Shown: piece by piece, positions 56,682-64,000 of the stretch
Layout of the letters: every line of letters begins with the position of its first letter
How positions within the stretch are numbered: the stretch's first letter is position 1
Origin: Setoptus koraiensis
Lineage: Eukaryota > Animalia > Arthropoda
Assembly: GCA_048013815.1 (NCBI GenBank)
Contig: CM106585.1
Location: forward strand, 2,232,001 to 2,296,000
Length of the DNA: 64,000 bases
Direction of reading: 5' to 3'
Notes under the pieces: generated by a model
Database searches by the model: none
Told to the model about the DNA's origin: nothing
Seen by the model: the letters and a program-made list of their open reading frames with translations, nothing else
Made by a program: the position numbers and the translations under genes

Positions 56682-59600
56682 GATAAAGATGATAAAAACC
56701 ACTGAACAACAAAAGGTAAAACTGAATCATGAATGTTGTGGCCACATTGTTGTCGCCCACGGTCGATGATGGTCAATCTCGGTCAACCATCGTGACTGGG
56801 ACCACCTCTTTTGGGGCGTCGCCCCAATTAGAGACAATAGTTGTAACGCGTATGCACAAATATTCTCTCATCTGCCTTTTTTCTATCTAGAACTTGGCTG
56901 ACCATCATGTAAAGGAGCAAATTCGCGTCTATTGCTAGATCTGGCTACAAACACGTTGGTGTGTTTGACTCTGAATCATTGTTCACTATTCATCGACCAA
57001 TTGCAGCGATTATTTCACATCGAGTATATTTTGCAAATCAATTATTGAATCTTTCAGCAGTGACAACTAAGAGCATGTTGAAGTAACAACAGAAAGTGTC
57101 GGGCCTCCCAATAGCATTACCTAGGAAGGGTGGCTTGGCTCTGACGGCTTCGAGGCCTAATAGTGTTTCTCATCGTGAGATGGCGTCATAAATCCTAGAT
57201 CCCGCTGCTTGAGTTCTATGGCATCTTTCGTGCTTGCATGCGTCTAGTGTAGAATAGGATGGAGGCGGCCAGACAAAAATTTAATTCAATTTGTGGGGTG
57301 CAAACTCTTCTAGATGAATGGCCCAATTGATTGATGTCGAACCCGTTTGCATCACTCCGCATCTCTTTGTGAATCTCTATGACTTCATATCTTTCATCTT
57401 GTTGCCTTCTGGCTCCTACAGCTTCTGGCTGATTGAACACATAAAATAGTCAGTGTTGAGTTGCTTTGTCAACATAATCTTACACTTGCACTTTACTATA
57501 TCATCACTTGTATATGTTGTTGCGATGAATCCAACGGAATTTTCGCTGTAAATTTATTAATGATTGATTGGTGGCGGAGACACGATGCTCGATTCGAATG
57601 CTTCAAGTCGCCACAGAAAATCCCTCTATAATTGAATAGAGGCTTGTTGGTAAGCTGACTTTTGCTGACAAGTCTGTTAAAGGAATTAGAGCAAACATGG
57701 CTCAAGTTTGATTCAATCGACAATGTAGTCTGATGCCACTGCACCCGGTCGACATTGTTGCGGTGCAAAGGTTGAAAACAACGGCACCATGCAGGGACTT
57801 TTGTTTGTGAAACTGTCCACTTTGGCTGTAATGTTCCTATGGGTGCATGAATTGACAGACGACAATTTATTAATGCGAACCTCTGACTGCATTGAGCCTA
57901 ATTAACTTGCTGGCTTATCCGTTAGAGGCATGTGTGTTTCTAGATCGCTAGCGATGTACCTAGGGGTCGCACATTCGTCTCTCTCTCTCTCTCTCTATGT
58001 CTCAACTAGGTCGAGCGGACAGAATCAGGGCCAAAAAATCTATCAATCTACGGCAGTTGATCCCCTTTCAGTAGCTACGTACAACGAGTCTCACAATAAA
58101 TAAAATTTAGCCAACGATCTTAGTTCATCCACCAGTCAGCGTTCATCTTTTGCCATCGCCATTCGTGCCCACATTGGGTTGCAAAAGTTTGAGCCTACTT
58201 TTGAGATTATGCGCCGATGCGGAATTCAGACATTAAGTGTCCAGTGGGGGCTCTATCATTTGGCGCCTCGATGAATTAATGGTATCGCGTTCAAACGCGA
58301 GACACGAGCGTCATAACGAGGTCGACTCTGAAGTTTAATCAATCATTTAGGTTAATTTTCGTAGCATCAAACAAACCCACACAGTCTCAACGAGAGCTGA
58401 AGCTCAGCATCATGTTGACAAAAACAAAACAAAAAATAATAAACTAATTGCTGTTATGACAACTCATAACTGAGGCTCAGTTGTTGCAAATGAATCCAGG
58501 ACTATGATTAATAAGCAATAGAGACTTTAGCCATGGACCGGCAGTCATTTGTTATTGTTTTGGCGGCCGGTTGTGCCTGAGTGATGCTGCTCGTACGGCC
58601 AGTTATACGAGGGCCCATTGTTTGTTGTGTGTCAGCTCGCCAGACAATTGCCGTTGCGAGCTTTGTCCCAAACTGAATAAATAAAATAAAATCATTATAA
58701 CACTACATTATACAATGAGTGGGTCCATTAATGAATTGATACCATAGCGAGTTGAGTGTATTATGTAACACAAAAGAGTAGAGATAGCGAGAGCAAAATA
58801 AAAACGAGACGATAATATAAAAGCGGCTAATGGATTGAATGAGCGGATAGCGGGCAATCTTGTGTCACTCACAACTTGTAACTGTCCACCAGGTACCGAG
58901 TAACGACACTCAGGTAGACTGCTATCGGATAAGTATATTGAATCAATTGAGTCAATGACTTTCTCTGTTTCACTGTTTACTTGAGTGAATCAATGAGATT
59001 GGGGAATAGTCAATTGGCAAATCAATGGCAAGTGGACCATTTAGTATGTGATAGAATTGTTTGTCTCATAACAACAAAACAATTGATTGTTCAACACTCT
59101 CCCTCTCGGTCCGTTGTGTCGGTGGCCTGTGGGCCCCATAATAACAAGCGAATCTTTTTTGTTGGCGAGGCGTATAAAAGGCATATAAACATCGCGTGTA
59201 TTATATGAATAGAGCCACAGGGATAGCAAACTGCGCTCGTGCCCATTCGAGTTGCTATGTCGCTAGTGTGTCATGTGTTGTTTGTGCCATCTCACTGGTA
59301 CCTCAATTAGTCAAGTGACTTTTTTATCTGGTCAGAGTTCAGTGCTGGCCAAGTGGCTCGTTTTGTGCGTGTCTAATGACGACGACATGACGCATTCTAA
59401 TGAATAAACAGGCAACTCTATAGCTGCACATCACATTTGCCGGTTTATCTGGTGCCAGCGTCGGCCCGGATAGTGGGCGCCAACGGGCTGAATAGTCGTC
59501 GCCTAGAACACCGCAACGCTCATTAACGTGCCATTCTATTTGATCTAGTTGATTTATAAACTTGAGTGCCTCTTTCCGGCTTGCGACGCTCATACGATCG

Positions 59601-59733
59601 CTTGCTGTGCCGTTTGTTGATGTTGCTCGGGTACTTGTGATGAGCATATGAAGGCCCCAAACACACGAGAAAAATACATTTTCACTTGTTCATTGGTGTG
59701 TACTTGGATGAGCACACTAGTGGCTGGCTGCTA

Positions 59734-59793
59734 GTCGCTAGTAGCTAGCTGATGGTCGCTAGTAGCTAGCTGATGGTCGCTAGTAGCTAGCTG
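59734..59793. repeat. 21-bp tandem repeat x3 (GTCGCTAGTAGCTAGCTGATG)
   Basis: Read directly. Confidence 0.9.
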
Positions 59794-62700
59794 CCGCGGT
59801 GGCGCCCTCAAATGAGTGCGCTTGTGCCGATGGAAAAACTGGCTGGTGAGCCAACTTTATTAATAGTTCATTAGTATTGATGAGTTTTATCAAGTGGCTG
59901 GCCCTTTTCTTGCCACCAGCCCACCAGCTGGCCACTAACGAGACTTGATTGTGTTGCCGCTGTCAGTGCTTGCAAGTGCGCTTGTGTCCACATTATTAGG
60001 CTTACCAAATCTCCAATCAGTGTGATGGGCAGTATCACGACGAGGAAGACGAAGAATTGTTTCCAACTTTCCACTCCGCTATCCATCCTGCCCTGTTAAA
60101 TAGCAACGCACAATTGAAATAGCCATCCAATTCGCTAGGTAACAAGCGGCCCAACAATCGAGCATGCGGGCCCCACCGAGAGTAACAACAGAAATGACAA
60201 CAACGACGACGACGACGACGACGCCGAAAATTCGCTTGGATGGCTCCATTTGTGCGCTGCTGGTCGGTGCTGGTTGAATAGTGGCAACTGAGTGTGTGAT
60301 TTGCCTCCATTAATGGCATTCACGTCGGTGACAAGACTACTGACAGACCCACTGTCACTGGTTTAGGTCTTTGGGGGCCAGTAATAGGCATCATTCGCGC
60401 TGCAAAAGCCAGCCAGCGAGCCAGTTGAGAGCCTCGATTCTTTCAATTCAAGATTTACACTCACATTGTCGCTAAGTGAAAATCTCTCTGACACCAGTAA
60501 GTGCCATATGTCAAAGGTAAGAGGCAACTACACTATTTGATATCTCCTTTGCAACTACATTTAGCGCCAACCAACTCCAAACGCTACCGTGACGGCACTG
60601 CTAACTTGCGATATTAACTTAAACGTTAATATCACGATGAGTGTATTGATGGATGGGCATAACTCATTAATGACGCTGTAGTGATTGGGACGAGCTGTCA
60701 CTGGGCAACAATATCATCTCTTTCTGTTTCCAAAGAGCTGCTTACTTTAATCATTAAAGTTTGATGTTTCCAATCTGCATAAGCTCTTGAAATGAGTTTC
60801 TCTTCAAAGAATCGAGATACAGAAACTTCAAATCTCGCCCCAAATACCAATTATATGCAGGTATTCAAAGAGGGAAAAATTCAAAAATACAGCCTTGGAT
60901 ATCTACTGCTCAATCATCAATTACCTTCTGCAGCAGAGTATGCGTTGTAGTTCATTATTTCTAGCATCAGTAACGTGTTAGAAATAATAAATACACAGCG
61001 AGTTATTATCATTGAGAAATTATCATTCAAATTGTGTGCCTCGGAAGCTGATCTCGAGATGCATCTAGGATGGGCCCCATTTTGTTTGTTGCAACTGGCA
61101 AGTACATAAATGACACTCGTCAGCAAGTATTCGATGTGTGCAATTGCATGAGTTGAACTTGCTACTTTGCAAACACAACGGTGATAACAATAATAACAAT
61201 GACAAGTTGTTTTGTTATTTCTACGCCATCTATCACAACAATTGTCCGTGAGAATGGTTGAGGCGAATCTATCATAATGAGTAAATATTGGGTCTTTCGA
61301 TTGTTTTTATTGTGTCATTCTATCATGGAATTTCTATGTGCAGACAGAACCCGATAGGGGCGAGCGCAATTCGTCTATGGCATCGCACCGATTATCGGAG
61401 TCCGACAAGAACTGACTTGATCAGTCCAATCAGCACTTTTGATGGGCACAAACAAATAGTGCGTTGGTGTGGCAATAGATTGTGTCTCGTTCATAAATTA
61501 GCTGGGCCTCACAAAAGTCTGGACAGGCTCTTGTTTTGTTGGTTTAAGTGTAACATGGCCACAATCAATTGCAAACGCCAGGAGATGTTTATGATGCAAC
61601 TAATTCCGCGTCTCTCTACACCTAAATATACTGGCACATGGAATGGCTAAACGGTATACAAACAAACTGACTGAAATAAGTGTTGTGTGCAAAATGTATA
61701 CACACATACACAGTGAGAGAGAGAGGGAAATGGCTATGATACAGAGCAACAAATGACATAGCCGATAACAACTCATGAGCAGTGTGAGGAGAAGGGGGCC
61801 CGTGCCTAATAAAGTTAGCAAAAGCTGAGGCCAGTGAAAATTGGTGGCCACACAATATTGCCAGAGTTGTTTGTGTATTGTGTGTCCAGTAATAGCATTG
61901 ACGAGTGGCAAGAAAAAGAAGATCCAACTAAAATCAGATCCAAACAGATAAGATAATGCACACAACACAAATATTGCGCAATAGATAAATGAATTATCTG
62001 GCTACCTGCGTCTCTGGCTACTTATTTGTCTCTGGCCCGTTGTTGTCTTGTTGGCCAACTAGCAAACAAAACAACAACAAACAAAACTACGCTCCTCTCT
62101 GTTGTGTGGTAGCCGTGCAAATTAGTCTCCTCTATTGGCCTATTAAGCGTCTACTACTGGCTTGTTATGACATTTGCTTTGCCATGCACAAGGGAATGGG
62201 GCCGTCATGACTCATGAGGAGGTGCGTCAGATTTACCCAATGACGGTGTTAGCGGGGCCCCAGCGTCTTAGGCCAACGTTGGCCAACATTGTCTGGGTGG
62301 CCACTATTGGCCACTATTGGCCACTATTGGCCTTGTTAGAGTTGCTTGGCTGATGTGTGGGGCCAATGATAGCCAGCTCCTTGGTGGCACAAGGAAAGCG
62401 TTGATTGGCCAAGTTGCCTAATCCCATAAATGCGCCCCCTTTCATCCATGGGCGCTTCTACGGACCTGACTCATCAGCACACAATAGCTCCCACTTGTCT
62501 CTTCATATATCTATAAATGTGTACGTGCCTCTCTGGCTAGACGGGCGCTCTCCTAAACTAGCTAATCAACTAACTAGCCAGACAGTGTGCCAACTCGTTA
62601 ATGATAGAGAAACTGAGAGTATAAGAGGGGCATGAATTATAGTATATAATAGTATAATAATATAATAGATAGTATACACTTTGGCTAGTTGGCTATTTAT

Positions 62701-64000
62701 TTTTGTATACAAGCCATGTCTGAGCAAAGTTATATATAAAGTTATATAGATACATGCACTGCATTGGTGCGTCGGGCCCCATTCTGTACCTGTATAACCT
62801 GTATAAAGCCGGTTTGACCTAATGAGCTTATTACATAACGAGTGCAATGATAATCTCATATAGTTGCCTTGGTACGATGAGCAAACACACATGAGAGGCA
62901 ATGCTTCCTGTCTGCCTAAATACTGTGGCTTCTTCATCTTGTTTTTATGTTTTGGGGGTACCGTTTAGTGTTGCTTGTCGTCAGTGTGTTAGATGCATTT
63001 TTGTGCCCTCTATCACAACCTTCTACTAGCCAACCACTAGTTTATTCAACCGATGGTCAGGTGGCGCACATATTTAATAATACACCGCTCTCTCTCTCTA
63101 CTTTAGGCGCCGTCTACTGTAGACGGTCTACAGTCAGCGGTAAAAAAGCGCCAGAGATATTTCACCATTTATGATAGCTGGCTGTACTTTAATCCCTGGG
63201 TTAGCCTAGGTGATCTTGAGCCCGATCTCGTCTGGTCTGTCGTCATCTCATTGCGGCCCATCTAATCTGGCTAAATGCATGTCTTGTGCCTACCATTCCA
63301 TTATACAGCCACACTTCTCCTTCTGTCATTATTGGCCCATTTCTTTCGGAGCTAACGCAAATGATCCATTCTTTCTCTCATGACACAATAATACACCCAT
63401 TCACACCGCTATAACACCATACAAAGATAGGCGAACCCAATCGTAACGGCACGCAAACACTCGAGATAACCGAGCCGAGCCGAGCCAAGCCAAGTCGTCG
63501 CACTCGAATGGATATGAACTTCATCAGTCGATTATGTAAGTATTCAAATTCATCTTTCTCTGTGGTGGCACCAGCGGCAGCAGCAGCAGCTTGGAAGCCT
63601 GCACAAACATTCCGATAAAATATCCTAATCTCTCTGCGCCATCTTTCTTCTGTTTATAAGCCCGTGATGATGGTAGCTGTTATCTCAATGCTAGACAGAC
63701 AGAGAGAGTGCCTCGGTAAGCACATGTGACTGGGCCAACTTGCATTCTTGGCGCCGTTATTTTCCACGAAATTGAGGTGAACAACACAACAAGAGGCGCC
63801 TCTCTCTCGCTCGCTTATATCTCTATGGACAATCTTTGTTAACACTATTAACACCACCGCATTACCAGCACTCATATTGGGCCAAATGTAAAATGGTTAG
63901 CGAGAGCGAGCACACTCACAACCGATCGATATTGTTGAGATCGTTGGCCGACATCCATTCATTAGATCGGCGCTTGCCATTGACGTACAACAACGCTAAC

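Noticed and set aside
56811-56827. TTGGGGCG-T-CGCCCCAA palindrome, considered as a Helitron end
   Set aside because: No CTRR terminus follows, and an 8-bp stem is short.
1-64000. CRISPR arrays, rRNA, tRNA, telomeric repeats, LTR/LINE or transposase ORFs, prokaryotic operons
   Set aside because: None seen. Tandem repeats here have no unique spacers, and all recognised genes are eukaryotic.

Overview
Eukaryotic (animal) genomic DNA with GT-AG introns. It is probably an arthropod; the mix of intronless housekeeping genes and low-complexity-expanded neural genes is reminiscent of a small mite genome (inference only). The window has four zones. (1) 1-27071, minus strand: a 16-exon transmembrane adenylyl cyclase of the ADCY8/Ac78C type. 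I assembled it by hand with phase-consistent splice junctions; it is about 3,100 aa or more and still open at the window edge, with very large low-complexity insertions. (2) 27100-49500: repeat-rich non-coding DNA, a 500-N assembly gap, TM1-TM4 of an OAMB-like octopamine GPCR on the same strand (I could not find TM5-7), and a 120-bp hAT-type MITE with a perfect 8-bp target-site duplication. (3) 49700-56700: a compact gene island with intronless RGP1, COPS8 and GFM2 (GFM2 has an unusual P-loop Asp-to-Asn change), a GC-rich structured segment with RNase MRP RNA-like motifs, an orphan membrane protein and a possible microprotein. (4) 56700-64000: mostly non-coding, with weak candidate exons. There is no CRISPR array, tRNA, rRNA or autonomous transposon. 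I found no clear evidence of a wholly new biological system. The best leads are the giant cyclase with a mucin-like ectodomain, the receptor-cyclase tandem with the missing receptor 3' half, the putative minimal RNase MRP RNA and the GFM2 P-loop variant. All identifications are by motif recognition; no searches were run.
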